From Centroscyllium fabricii (Eukaryota): a stretch of DNA of 64,000 nt. How positions within the stretch are numbered: the stretch's first letter is position 1; every line of letters starts with the position of its first letter. The translations under genes and the position numbers were made by a program. The notes below the pieces were generated by a model that saw nothing but the letters and a program-made list of their open reading frames with translations, made no database searches and was not told where the DNA came from. Shown here in pieces: positions 24,301-36,194 of the stretch. The stretch covers positions 560,418,001 through 560,482,000 of the forward strand of contig JBNRSN020000001.1 of assembly GCA_051313645.2 (NCBI GenBank), in the 5' to 3' direction.

Positions 24301-25369
24301 AACTCGAAACACTTATTTACTGACCATGGTCGACGAATATTCCCGTTTTACGTTTGCCTTTCCCTGCCCCAATATGCTGTCATCCACCGTTATCAGCTGC
24401 CTTGAACAGGTATTTTCTTTCTGTGGCATGCCGTCTTACGTTCACTCGGATCGGGGTCCTTCCTTCATATCAGGAGAACTCAAGGCTTATCTCTCGGATC
24501 GGGGCGTTGCTACCAGTAAAACGACGCCTTATCATCCTGTCGGGAATGGGCAAATCGAACGGTATAATGGCATCATTTGGAATTCTGTATGTCTAGCTTT
24601 GAAATCTCGGGGCTTGCCCATCCAGCAATGGGAAGCAGTACTCCCAGACGCATTGCATTCTACACGGTCCCTTCTTTCGACCGCCACGAATATGACTCCC
24701 CATGAACGATTCTTTCAATTCCAGCGTCGCTCATCCTCCGGGATCTCTCTTCCATCGTGGCTGACTACACCAGGACTGGTGTTACTCCGGAGACATGTCC
24801 GGGCATCCAAGAATGACCCCCTTGTAGACGAGGTGGAACTGACTGATATCAACCCGACCTATGCATATATCCAATATCCTGACGGTCGGGAATCCACTGT
24901 GTCGTTACGGGATCTAGCTCCCTGCCCGCCGAAACTTACTGGGACACCTGGGGATGGTGATTTGCCAGGCGCATCTCTGTGCTCGCCAGGTACCCCTCAC
25001 CAGGATCTGGATCTGACGCCGGCTGGCACTTCACTCCAGGATACAAACCGGAGGCAGACCGACTATGAGCCCGTTGGGGCTCGCACACGCAGCCACGATC
25101 CACCACGTTCTACACGCCCAGAAACGAATCTACCACAGACCTACTCAACACCCGTTCGGGCTCAAACGCAAAGCCATGCTCTCCCAGATCCTTCACAGGG
25201 CGGGCCAGACCACACGGATTCTGATCAATGGCCCACGGCACGTAAACGGGCTAGAGACCCTCTATCACCATGTGAACCCAAACGGGTACGACTCTCCCTC
25301 ATTCGACGGATACGTAATGAAGGGAGGATTCCGGCCTCCAACTCTTTTGGGAGGGAGGCGGCCTCCTAA
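21320..25369 (+). CDS. Element F gag-pol polyprotein (1349-codon open frame; likely true ATG 21391 is frameshifted near 21465)
   Basis: Zinc knuckles, LIDSGS, YLDN, RNase H, HHCC + DDE; MENLLRPTRLDLDPNTP..WKH from 21391 is homologous to the N-termini of B-E but out of frame. Confidence 0.88.
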   Translation: MQNLSLNSNFWTKLGAEDPGKPPAWRTSLDRLVSIWTQTPQQLIKSGNTHAFENFLVYCEADDDMKLKLLINYVTPRVYECVDHWTNFDEAIRTLQRLYTKTPNEVYARHLLATARQGPEVSIDKFLHELRRLSMNCNFQAASAELYREEMIRDAFICGLASPFIRQRLLESKTLELQKAYDLACSLDLAKRNADLYEVPRPRTAALTTTRQFKRPQVNSIREDFYPDDQSEDFTDEEDNDPTLAASWRSKKCFFCGDEFHPRKFCPARNAICSHCDKKGHFAKVCLSRASTRAYQAQSYRTAPIRAYQDIPAKSYHASSRGFSRRSTPRVSATLCATTSITAACPPNLFYAAVKASIAGHTLDALIDSGSSDSFIREQVVTKLKLHVFPSNQAIAMAQSSLNTRTSGFCIVEISLNGHRYPSTRLSVLKDLCSDLLLGLDFQKQHKTLTIEFGGSKPGLTVSNILPQLPFCALSAASLDEPSLFTSIPPRCKPIITKSRRFTQEDQSFIATEISRLLAEDIIEPCSSPWRAQVVIVKNPLQPHKKWLCIDYSQTINQYTDLDAYPLPRIDDMVNKLAEYTVFSTYDLKSAYHQVPLKVSDKQYTAFEANGRLYQFRRLPFGVTNGVAVFQRAMDDFVKQENLKDTFPYLDNITVAGHDQQEHDANLQRFQDALQHRNLTLNASKSIESQPTINILGYCVGNGIIKPDPERLRPLQELPPPKNPASLRRALGLFAYYAKWIPNFSDRIQPLLKAGTFPLDTAAVTAFNLLKQLLEKAALHSVDENLPFVVECDASEVAISATLNQEGRPVAFLSRTFQGAEIHYPPVEKEATAIIEAVRKWNHFLARQHFTLITDQRSVAFMLDNRKRTKIKNNKIQLWRMELASFGYTIHYRPGKDNVAPDTLTRAFCSAVSPSTLVEVHDGLCHPGVTRMLHFVRSRNLPFSTGDVKKMCSDCRVCAELKPQFFRPSGGTLIHATQPMQRLSIDFKGPLPSSTRNTYLLTMVDEYSRFTFAFPCPNMLSSTVISCLEQVFSFCGMPSYVHSDRGPSFISGELKAYLSDRGVATSKTTPYHPVGNGQIERYNGIIWNSVCLALKSRGLPIQQWEAVLPDALHSTRSLLSTATNMTPHERFFQFQRRSSSGISLPSWLTTPGLVLLRRHVRASKNDPLVDEVELTDINPTYAYIQYPDGRESTVSLRDLAPCPPKLTGTPGDGDLPGASLCSPGTPHQDLDLTPAGTSLQDTNRRQTDYEPVGARTRSHDPPRSTRPETNLPQTYSTPVRAQTQSHALPDPSQGGPDHTDSDQWPTARKRARDPLSPCEPKRVRLSLIRRIRNEGRIPASNSFGREAAS

Positions 25370-25387
25370 TCTTTTGGGAGGGAAGAA

Positions 25388-25606
25388 TGTGGTAATACAG
25401 AACAGCTTCTATCTGCTTACATCACTTCCGGGGACCTATGAACTTTTGTATGATGTCACTTCCTGTAACTAGCCCAGTATAAATACTGGGCTACTCACTA
25501 TGATTTAGTAAGAGGCATAGTGAAGACCTCTTTTGTATGTAGCACCTTTATAAGTTGATTAAAGCTTACCTTAAGTTCCTATCGTGTAAGTTTCATTCTT
25601 ACAACA
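25388..25606 (+). repeat. Element F 3' LTR
   Basis: Near-identical to 21089-21307. Confidence 0.95.
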
Positions 25607-26073
25607 CCTGCTACGTAGGCATCGCGGATGAGAAGGTCCATGTGCTCCTGGGCGTCAACAGGTGCACATTCGCAGCGCAGAGCGAGAGCCTGAAGAGCCT
25701 CCAGGTACTCCTCATTCGACTCACCAGGCTGTTGCCTCCGCGTGGCGAGTAGATGCCGAGCGTAGACGGCGTTGACTGGCTGGAGGTATCGAGCCCTCAG
25801 CAGCTCCAATGCTGCATCGTAGTCAGTGGCATTCTTGATGATCGAATATACCCTGCCACTGACGCAGGAGATGAGGACCCATCTCCTGTGCGCATCGCTG
25901 ACTCTGGCCACCACCAGAAACGATTCGAAGCAGCTCAGCCAGTGCTCAAAATCGTTCGAAGCGTTCGGTGTCTGGGGGTTGAGGTCGAGAGTCTTCGGTT
26001 TAAGGATCGATGTCCAGTTATCTGATGCAGCTGGCTGGTGGCTCTGTTCTTGCTCATCCCCGTGCTGGCTCAT
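25607..26073 (-). pseudogene. Element C gag N-terminal part
   Basis: MSQHG..LKPKTLDLNP..YARHLLATRRQQPGES..DAYVAG; continues at 21083 (IRSAPARTRLLEQ). Confidence 0.9.
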
Positions 26074-26289
26074 TGTAAAAATCTTAGCTAATAAAATTGA
26101 TGCGCAAATCAATTACGCCAGTCTTTGGTGAAGTGTAAACGAAGGCTTTTATTAACTAAGAACTAGACCTGGTCCACGATGAGTCCGCCCGGAATGAGAG
26201 TCAGGTGGGCGGAGCATCCTCCTTTATACTCATACCCGGAGGCGGGGTCAGCTGGTCCAGGTCCTTACAGAAAGGAACAGATTTATTAG

Positions 26290-26564
26290 TGTGACCTACA
26301 ATAACGTCCTCGGAGGCGAGTAGTTAGTTAGAAACAATCAGGCTTTTATTCACTACACTGGAACATGCACCAGGTAGTCGACTGTCCCCAGGAATGGCTC
26401 GGGGGATGGGAGCAGTCACTTATATACCTCCTCCTGGGAGGGAGGAGTTATGGGCGGAGCCAACCTGGGCATGTCCCAGTCATCACGACATCATACAGGT
26501 ATTTACAGGGTTACATCTCAATACATAACAATAACTATATTACAGTGATAACCAGTTTATCACA
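26290..26564 (-). repeat. Element D 3' LTR
   Basis: Near-identical to 30691-30965. Confidence 0.95.
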
Positions 26565-26676
26565 TTCACCCCTTCTTTAAAACGAAAGTCCGGCGGGGTG
26601 AATGGCCAGTAAATGGAAAAGGGAAGGAATTTTTATTTTATTTTATTTTATAACGAGAAAAGTTTTTCTTCTTTAG

Positions 26677-29600
26677 CTATAGATTAAGTCTTGCTGGCGG
26701 TTTTGATGTCCGCGTCGATCTTCGCACCGCTGGAGGTGTCGGTGGTCGAGGCGTGGCTGGCCGTGTCGGTTGCTGTAGCGGTGTCGGTGCCAGTTGATGA
26801 GCAGTAATGCTACTTCTGGGTGGTGGTGGTGCCCTTATTCTGACAGCAGGGGGCGCATTCTCTCCTTCGTCCTCTGACTCTAGGGGGCGCGCGCTGTGGA
26901 TCCAAGCTTGGGGCCAGGTCGTGCTGCTCGCAGGTGCCATGCGGACGTACTGGGGTACTGGGCCCACGTGTTGGGGAGCGTACTTTGGCTTCGGCGGCAT
27001 GGGGAGCGTCACAGGAAGTTTTGGGTGCGCGGGCTGCTGGGCGGGGCTTCTTGGAGGCGCGGGCTGCTGGGCGGGGCTGGGTTTGGGGACTCCTGCTGGG
27101 GCTAGATCCTTTATGGGCACGGTGTCCTCCCTCCCATCGGGGTACGCTATGTACGCGTACTGGGGATTGGCGTGCAGGAGGTGGACCCGTTCGACTAGGG
27201 GATCTGCCTTGTGTCCCCTCACATGCTTCCGAAGCAGGACCGGTCCCGGGGATAGTAGCCACGATGGTAGCGAGGTCCCGGAAGCTGACTTCCTGGGGAA
27301 GGCAAAAAGTCTTTCGTGAGGGGTGGCATTAGTGGCAGTACACAGGAGGGACCGGATAGAGTGGAGCGCTTCAGGGAGGACGTCCTGCCATCGGGTGACT
27401 GGGAGGCCTTTAGACCGTAGGGCTAGCTGGATGGCCTTCCAGACAGTGGCGTTCTCCCTCTCTACCTGCCCGTTCCCCCGGGGGTTGTAGCTGGTAGTCC
27501 TGCTAGTCGCGATGCCTTTCGCTAGCAGAAACTGACGCAGCTCGTCACTCATAAAAGAGGCCCCCCGGTCACTATGGATATAGTTGGGGTACCCGAACAG
27601 GGAAAAGATGCTATTAAGGGCTTTGATGACGGTGGCGGAGGTCATGTCCTGGCAGGGAATGGCGAAGGGGAAGCGGGAGTACTCATCTATTACGTTAAGG
27701 AAGTACACATTCCTATTAGATGAGGGAAGGGGCCCTTTAAAATCGACGCTGAGTCGTTCAAAGGGGCGAGTGGCCTTGATCAAGTGCGCCCGGTCTGGCC
27801 GGTAGAAGTGCGGCTTGCACTCCGCGCAGACCTGGCAGTTGCTGGTCAGGGTCTTGACCTCCTCGATGGAGTAGGGGAGGTTGCGGGACTTCACAAAGTG
27901 AACCAACCTGGTGACCCCCGGGTGGCAGAGGTCATTGTGAAGGGTTTGGAGACGGTCAGCCTGTGCGCTGGCACAGGTACCGCGGGATAGGGCATCTGGG
28001 GGTTCGTTAAATATCCCGGGCCGGTACAAAATATCATAATTGAACGCAGAGAGTTCAATTCTCCACCTTAATATCTTGTCGTTCTTTATTTTACCCCGTT
28101 CCTTGTTGTTAAACATGAATGCGACTGATCGTTGGTCAGTCAGTAGGGTAAAACGTTTGCCGGCCAGGTAGTGCTTCCAATGCCGCACTGCTTTAACAAT
28201 GGCCTGGGCCTCCTTCTCGACTGAGGAGTGACGGGTTTCGGGGCCTTGGAGGGTACGTGAAAAGAAGGCCACGGGTCTGCCCGCCTGGTTAAGGGTGGCG
28301 GCCAGGGCAAAGTCAGATGCATCACTTTCCACTTGGAATGGGACGGACTCATCAACAGCGTGCATCGTGGCTTTGGCAATATCGTTTTTGATTCTGCAGA
28401 ATGCCGAGTTGGCTTCTGCAGAAAGGGGAAAAGAGGTAGATTTAAGTAGTGGGCGAGCTTTGTCCGCATAGTTAGGGACCCACTGGGCATAGTAGACGAA
28501 AAATCCCAAACACCGTTTAAGGGCTTTGGGGGAGTGGGGGAGGGGAAGCTCCATGAGGGGGCGCATGCGGTCCGGGTCTGGACCGATGACTCCATTCTCC
28601 ACCACGCTGCCGAGGATGGCCAGACGGCCGGTGCTAAATACACATTTCTCTTTATTGTACGTTAGGTTCAGAGTTTTGGCCGTGTGGAGGAATTTTTGGA
28701 GGTTGGCATCATGGTCCTGCTGATCATGGCCGCAGATGGTCACATTATCGAGGTACGGGAAAGTGGCTCGCAGCCCGTACCGATCAACCATTCGGTCCAT
28801 CTCCCTTTGGAAGACCGAGACCCCATTCGTGACGCCAAACGGAACCCTAAGGAAGTGGTAGAGGCGACTGTCAGCCTCGAAGGCTGTATAAAGACGGTCC
28901 TCTGGGCGGATGGGAAGCTGGTGATAAGCCGATTTGAGATCAATCGTGGAGTACACTTTAAATTGGACGATTTGGTTCACCATGTCCGCTATCCGGGGGA
29001 GGGGGTAGGCATCTAATTGGGTGAAGCGGTTTATGGTCTAACTATAGTCCACCACCATCCTGTTCTTCTCCCCGGTTTTTACTACTACTACCTGCGCTCT
29101 CCAGGGGCTATTACTGGCCTCTATGACCCCCTCTTTTAGGAGGCGCTGTACCTCTGATTTTATAAATGCCATGTCCCCAGCACTGTAGCGCCTACTTTTG
29201 GTGGCGACGGGCTTGCAGTCTGGGGTGAGATTGGCGAAGAGGGATGGAGGGGCAACCTTAAGGGTCGAGAGGCCACAGGTAGTGTGCTGGGGGTACCGCC
29301 TTGGGCTGCGGTTTCTGACCGTGAGTGAGGGAAGGGGTCCGCCGAATGCCATCGTCACGCTCTGGAGGTGGCACTGGAAATCCAGTCCCAGGAGTAGGGG
29401 GGTGCAGAGCTGCGGCAGCACGTAAAAGCTAAAATCGTTAAACCTTGCCCCCTGTACATTAAGTGTTACAACGCAGCGCCCGGTGACGTCAGCAGATTCC
29501 GACTTAGACGCCATAGATATTCTCTGGCGCGCAGGGATTACTCTAAGGGAGAGGCGCTTTACAGTATTTTGATTTATGAAACTTACTGTGCTCCCGCTGT

Positions 29601-30669
29601 CGAACAGGCACACCACCTCTTTACCGTTGACTTCCACCGGCATCATAGATTTCTCCAGCGGTTGAGTCTTCCTCTGGTCTATGGTCATCGATGCTAACAC
29701 AGGGTCCTCCAAGTCGTCTTGATCCGGAGAGTAGTCCTCCGAGGCCGCTCCCCAAGATGGCTGCCGCCATGTGGTGTACTGTGGAGGGGGAGGCTGAGTC
29801 CAAGATGGCCACTGTTGCTGCTGCTGCTGCCACAAGGGCTGCTGAGTGGGGGATGGGTGAGCCCAATATGGCTGTTCCCATGTTCCAGACGCGGCGCTGC
29901 CCAGTTTTGATTTTATGCTAGTGCTTTTACAGACCTTCGCATAATGTCCTTTCTTGTCACATTTCGAGCAGATCGCTTCTCTAGCAGGGCCGCTGCGTCT
30001 TGAGTGCTGAGACTGCCCACAAAAGTAGCATTTGGCTGCCGTTTTCGCGTGGGCGGCTGTGATTAGTTCTTCTGCCGGTCGTTGAGCCGGCACTGTCCAA
30101 GATTGCGGGGCTGGGCCTGTATAGCTGCTGGAGTATGAAGATAAGTCCGTTGAGGCCCTATCCAGCGCGTGCCCCAAGTCTGTAGTCACCTGTAAGTCCA
30201 GGCCGTTCTGCTCCAGCAGTCTCTGCCTGACATAGTCTGATTTTAAGCCTGTTACGTAAGCGTCTCTGATGAGGCTATCTACATGGAGCGGGGCCGTTAG
30301 CGCCCTGCAGTCACAGTCCCGCGACAGTATTCTGAGGGCTCTTAGGAACTCCACACTTGACTCACCGGTTTGTTGCTTTCTGGTGGCGAGTATATGTCTT
30401 GCGTGGACTACATTCGGTGCCCGATTGTACTCCGTCTCGAGAATCCTGATGGCCTCCTGGAACGATGAGGCGTCCACTATCATGGAGTACACCTGAGGGC
30501 CCACCCGGGCGTTGAGGAGTCGCCGTTTGTGCTCTTCGGTCACTATGACCGCTGCATTGGCTCTGAGGTACCCTTCGAGCACACTGCGCCAATGTGTGAA
30601 GGCGTTCGATGCTCCTGGTGATCGGGGATCCAATTCGAAAACTGCTGGCTTGAGCATAGTAGTATCCAT
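26677..30669 (-). pseudogene. Element D gag-pol with a single in-frame stop
   Basis: ORFs 29038-30669 and 26677-28983 share a frame; DYS*TIN (Gln codon to TAG at 29038-29040); all domains present, YLDN. Confidence 0.92.
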
Positions 30670-30690
30670 TTTTACAGTAGTGAATAAAAT

Positions 30691-30965
30691 TGTGACCTAC
30701 AATAACGTCCTCGGAGGCGAGTAGTTAGTTAGAAACAATCAGGCTTTTATTCACTACACTGGAACATGCACCAGGTAGTCGACTGTCCCCAGGAATGGCT
30801 CGGGGGATGGGAGCAGTCACTTATATACCTCCTCCTGGGAGGGAGGAGTTATGGGCGGAGCCAACCTGGGCATGTCCCAGTCATCACAACATCATACAGG
30901 TATTTACAGGGTTACATCTCAATCCATAACAATAACTATATTACAGTGATAACCAGTTTATCACA
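30691..30965 (-). repeat. Element D 5' LTR
   Basis: TG..CA; TATATAA and AATAAA on the minus strand. Confidence 0.95.
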
Positions 30966-31025
30966 ATTAGCACAAACTATATACAATAATAACACAGTGT
31001 GAACCACACTAAATGGTTCACCACA

Positions 31026-32760
31026 AGCGTCATCATGCAGATATGGGATCAAGTACAGGAAATGTTTCAATGACCTAACCAGGTCAGGATAGGTGAGCAA
31101 AGTTGCAGATTTACTTACATCCTGTAGTGCACCCCTCTCTGTCCTGTCATCTGAATGGAGTACGCTTGACTCCTCACACCCACTTCACTTTTGGCAGCAC
31201 CCATTGGTCCATTTCAGTGCACTTCCTTACCTCTCCTTTCCTCCATCCACCACTGCCACTCACCCCAATCCTCATAATATGATCCCACCTCAGTCAGCTC
31301 CTCTGATTCTCAGTTCACATCCTCAAGTAGCGCTGTCAACACATCCTCAAAAGCATGCCAGCACCACTCATGCTGCATCTGCCCAATTGCCACCCTCCCC
31401 AAATGCACTGCATTCATCAGATGCACACATGCCTTACAGCCACTCATAAGCCTTGTTGTGCCACCCTTGCAGGAGAAGAGAGTGCAGAAAACCAGGGAGA
31501 GGGCGAGGTCTGGAGGCAGAACCCCACTGATCATGGCTTTACCCAGCAGAGATGAATTGGCTTTGGATATTAGCGGCACATGAGCCTCCCTGAGCATCGG
31601 AGTTGGCGAGACTGGTAGTCCATTGCTGCAGAGCGTGACAGACTTAATCTCTCAGACCCACATCTCCTACACGACAAAGTCATCTTGATTTGACTTTAGC
31701 ACTTTAGCAAATATGATCACTTGAGTCATGTGTATTTCAACATTTGTAGAATTTCATGTCTAAATCATATCTGTCTCTCCTCTCCTCCAGGGCCATCACA
31801 CAAAGGACAGGAGCCCTGCCTGGAGATGACTAGGATTCCTCTGAGGAGCTCATTCCTGCTGAGGTTGCACCATCACAGGACACATGTATACCAGGCACCA
31901 GCACAGATACTAGCACTTTGGTGGATCCTCAGTGTTAGATAGGATGTCACCTGATGAATCGCAGTTCACAAGTGAGCACGAGCAGAGAGTGGTGACGGGG
32001 ACAGCTCTGGAGAGTTTGTGTCGAGGGCGCCATTCTCTCCAAGCTCTGCTCAGCTGGACAGAGATGCTGAACCCGAGGGGGGGTCATCAATGAAAAGAAG
32101 AATGATAGAGGGTCAGCAACAACTGTGTGAGGTACTGGCAGTCCTGCCGGGCACACACTCCACAATGTCCCAGAGGATGGAAGAGTTCAGCTCACTTGTG
32201 GAGTGATGCTGCGAAGATACAATCTTCCATTGAGAGTCTGGCCTCAGCTATGGACATTGAACCACAGTTACGGGGAGAGGGCAGCCCAGACAGCGGCCTT
32301 GCAAACTCTGAACGCCAACATGTCTACAGATGACACAGGCTGACAGATGGATTAGATGTGGGGTTCCAAGGTATCACTGATCTACTCCAAGTTGCTCTCC
32401 CTCAGAGAGGCAGGAGTGATGTGCCGATGGCTCAGGAGAGGGTGGATTGGGATAAGGGAGATGAAAGTTCTAATGCCTCGCAAAGCGTTTACATGCTCGA
32501 TGCTGCCTCCTCTCTCACTGACTCAGTCTGCCCCAGCACAGCTGCAGTCTTTGGTGCGACCCTCACGGGTTCCAGCACCCAGAGGCCGTTGGCCGTGAGT
32601 ACCTCAGAAGTCACCAGGGATCAGAGCAGCCTGTCACTACCTCTGCTGAAACCACAGGGGTTGCAACACGTAGGAGTGCTAGAGAAAGAGAAAAGCTTTG
32701 TAGTACATGGGTGTTTTTGAAAATTTGTTAATATATTTCATTTATTATGTCACATTAAAT
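31026..32760 (+). pseudogene. Harbinger Myb/SANT-like gene remainder (degenerate, probably intron-containing)
   Basis: RKCFNDLTRSG then GTGAG donor at ~31093; acceptor-like sites near 31470 and 31790; convergent with a Harbinger transposase. Confidence 0.45.
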
Positions 32761-32835
32761 TTATTACTTCGCACCAGATTCCCGTGTTCCCCATTCTTGA
32801 AAGATGAGTGTCAACTCTGCTTTTCATTTGTTTGA

Positions 32836-34115
32836 ACATAAGAACATAAGAAGTAGGAGCAGGAGTAGGCCACACGGCCCCTCGGGCCTGCTCCGCCATT
32901 CAATAGAATCATGGCTGATCTGAACTTAGACTCACGTCCACTTCCCTGCCTGCTCCCCGTAACCCCTTATTCCCTTATCAGCCAGGAAACTATCTATCTC
33001 CATTTTAAAATTATTTAATGTTGCAGCTTCCACAGCTCTCTGAGGTAGCACATTCCATAGATTTACTACCCTCTGAGTGAAGAAGATTCTCCTCATCTCA
33101 GTTTTGAAAGGGTAGCCCCTTATTCTAAGATTATGCCCCCTCGTTCTAGTCTCACCCATCAGTGGAAACCTCCTCACCGCACCCACCCGATCAAGCCCCC
33201 TCACAATCTTATATGTTTTGATAAGATCGCCTCTCATTCTTCTGAATTCCAATGAGTAGAGGCCCAACCTGCTCAACCTTTCCTCATAAGTCAACCCCCT
33301 CATCTCGGAATCAACCGAGTGAAACTTCTCTGAACTGCCTCGAGAGCAAGTATATCTTTTCTTAAATATGAAAACCAAAACTGTACGCAGTATTCCAGGT
33401 GTGGCCTCACCAGTACTCTGTATAACTGCAGCAAGACCACCCCACTTCTACATTCCATCCCCCTTGCAATAAAAGCCAAGATTCTATTAGCCTTCCTGAT
33501 CACCTGCTGTACCTGCATACTAACCTTCTGTGTTTCATGCACCAGGACCCCCAGATCCCTTTGTACTGTAGCACTTTGCAATTTCTCTCCATTTAGATAA
33601 TAATTTGCACTTTGATTTTTTCTGCCAAAGTGCATAACCTCACACTTTCCAACATTATATTCAATCTGCCAAATTTTTGCCCACTCACTTAGCCTGTCTA
33701 TGTCCCTTTGCAGGTTTTTTATGTCCTCCTCACTCACTGCTTTCCCTCCCATCTTTGTATCATCGGCAAACTTTGATATGTTGTACTCGGTCCCTTCCTC
33801 CAAATCGTTAATATAGATTGTAAAGAGTTGGGGTCCCAGCACTGACCCCTGCGGAACACCACTAGTCACTGATTGCCATCCCAAGAATAAACCATTTATC
33901 CCAACTATCTGTTTTCTGTTAGATAGCCAATCTTCCACCCATGCCAGTATATTACCCCCAATTCTGTGATTTTTCATCTTGTGCAGTAATCTTTTGTGTG
34001 GCACCTTGTCAAATGCCTTTTGGATGTCCAAATACACCACATCCACTGTTTCCCTTTTAGCCACCCTGTTTGTTATGTCCTCATATGAGCAAATTTGTTA
34101 AACATGACTTCCCTG
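32836..34115 (-). mobile_element. 5'-truncated CR1 LINE (RT + tail)
   Basis: YLDIQKAFDKVPH, GVPQGSVLGP, KFADDTK; (CATAAGAA)n tail; frameshift near 33305. Confidence 0.93.
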
Positions 34116-34224
34116 AATGTGAAGACATGAATTGACTGACACCAGTTGGTGGATGTGGAAAGAGTGGTAGGATGGTTACAAGACTTCTTGTGTGAATGGG
34201 AGTGGGAGGCGGGGAATGTGACAG

Positions 34225-35633
34225 TTACTTTGGTCCCGTGTGAGTGATTAACTGATCCTTTGAACTATCAGTTCGAGCAGCAAAGTGATCGGCTGGTCTG
34301 GTGTTGGGCGCCCCATCTTCCTCCTCTCCATTGGAATCCTCATCGGATGAAGTGACTTGTTCCTCCTGCACCTCCAGTCCTTGCTGCTGCGCTATGTTGT
34401 GCAGAACACAGCACACGATTATCCTGGAGTACTGAAGGGCCCTTCCAGACCGGTCCAGGCATCTGAAGCGTGCTTCAACATGCTGATGGCTTGCTCAATG
34501 ATGCACATGATTGTCATATGGCTCATGCTGTACCGCTCCTGGTGTTTATCAGTGGGTTTCCTCAGAGGTATCTGTGATGAAATATGTATGTTCATCAGAC
34601 TGTGCTTTTCACCTGGACTTGCCTGTGCTAGGAATGTATGGAATGTATGTACCGCCCACCTTTGTCTATTGTATATTTTGGGCTCCGCCCTTGTCTTTTG
34701 TTATATGGAGGACTCCAGAGCGGCTTGAGCCATTCGACCTGGACAACTCAGTGTGGGAACATGCACCACAGTTCTTAGTTATTAAAAGCCTACCTTTAAG
34801 TCCTTAAATCTCTCGCTTGGATTATTGATGGCCTATCAGTATCATCAGCCAGGTTTGAAGGGGTAATCCTTTGTTGCCTAGCAGCCACCCCTTGAGGCTG
34901 ATTCCAGGTCTGAACATGTCGGGGATGTTGGACTGTCACAGTATGAAAGCATCATGGCAGCTTCTAGGGATTCGGGTGCAGACCTGCATGAACCTTTGTG
35001 TTTGCACACCAGCTGCATATTGATGGAATGAAATCTCTTGGGTTGACGAATGCTTGTGGTTGGTCTGGGGGTGCTCAGATTGCCATGTGTGTGCAGTCGA
35101 TGGCAGTCTGCACCTGTAGGAAGCCAGCCAGAGACTCAAATCCAAGTGCCCTTTCATTCTGGCTAACATCATCACAGGGGGAAGTTTACATACCCCCCCA
35201 GCCCTGGCAAACAATCCACCCATCACCTGCTTTATGCATTTATGTGCAGCCGACTGCAAGACCTTCACTGTGCCTCCGAGGGCAGCCTGGAAAGAACCAG
35301 AGGCAAAGAAATTGAGGGTGGTGGTGACTTTCACAGCCACTGGAGTAATGCGTGTCCGCCCGGTCCAGCAGGCAGCAGGTCATCTTCTAGGAGGCCACAG
35401 ATGTCTGCGACGACCTGACAATCTCAGCCTTCGGGAACACCGCTCCTCCAACAGGTCAAGGAAGCTGAGTCTCTGTCTGTAGATCCTATTAGGTGGGTAG
35501 TGCCTCCTGCGAGCTCGACCCCTCAGCTGTTCCCTTCTCTGCTGGCCACTAGCAGCTCCCTCCCCAGCACGCCCTTGCTGCTGCTGATGCTTGTTCTCTT
35601 CCTCATCCAAAGTCCAATCGAGAGCAGCCATGG
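34225..35633 (-). pseudogene. PIF/Harbinger (HARBI1-like) transposase, degenerate
   Basis: YRQRLSFLDL.EE.C.RRLRLS, AVKVTTTLNFFASGSFQ..QSAAHKCIKQV, CCVLHNIA. Confidence 0.82.
34573..34838 (+). mobile_element. Solo LTR inside the Harbinger transposase
   Basis: TG..CA, perfect TSD GTATC, TATAT, ATTAAAAGCC as in B-F LTRs. Confidence 0.88.
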
Positions 35634-35679
35634 TGCCACTTATCATGAGCTTCTCTGTGTGAGAGATATATATCTCCAC

Positions 35680-35855
35680 TTCCATTTTGAAAGTTACTAT
35701 TGAATCTGCTTCAACCAACTTTTCAGCCAGCGCATTCCAGATCATCATAACTTGCTGAATAAAAAAATTCTCCTATCCCCTCTGGCTTTTTTGCCAATTA
35801 TCTTAAATCTCTGTCTTCTGGTTACTGATCTGCCTGCCAGTGGAAACTATTTCTC
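35680..35855 (-). mobile_element. Old CR1 ORF2 C-terminal fragment
   Basis: WNALAEKLVEADSIVTFK; similar to 43630-43800. Confidence 0.7.
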
Positions 35856-36194
35856 ACTTTGTATTTTGTATATTATATTCATTTTGTGAATGGTTTTATA
35901 TTGGAGCACAATTGGACTTTCTGTGGTGAGTTTACTTCGTATCGACAATGCAAGTACAGGAACTTCACGCCGCTCAATGCCCTTCACTGGGGAGCCAGAC
36001 ATCGAGATGCCGTTTTCCCAAAGTTTATGGCAGAGCGACGCTTCTCCGACAGCAACTTTTCGATTTCCGCATTTAATCGCGCCTCTGTCTTTGCCTGAAG
36101 TTGCTGTCGTATTTCCACATAAATAACGGCGACGCTATTAGCCACACCGTTATTTTGACAGCTATTTTTGGGGGAGCGTCTTCTTGTATTTTGT

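Larger units (their letters stand above)
21089..25606 (+). mobile_element. Element F: Ty3/Gypsy LTR retrotransposon inserted in gag of element C
   Basis: 219-bp LTRs with 2 differences; perfect TSD CCTGC (21084-21088/25607-25611); PPT GGGAGGGAAGAA. Confidence 0.95.
26290..30965 (-). mobile_element. Element D: Ty3/Gypsy LTR retrotransposon inserted in the 5' LTR of element C
   Basis: 275-bp LTRs (26290-26564, 30691-30965) with 2 differences; perfect TSD ATTAG; close relative of B. Confidence 0.95.
16782..31025 (-). mobile_element. Element C: Ty3/Gypsy LTR retrotransposon carrying nested elements F and D
   Basis: 3' LTR 16782-17027; 5' LTR split into 26098-26289 + 30971-31025; PPT GGAAGGGGTGAA; no clear TSD. 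Confidence 0.9.

Noticed and set aside
29038-29040. Programmed stop read-through in element D
   Set aside because: The stop lies inside RT at a position that is Gln in B, C, E and F; ordinary nonsense mutation
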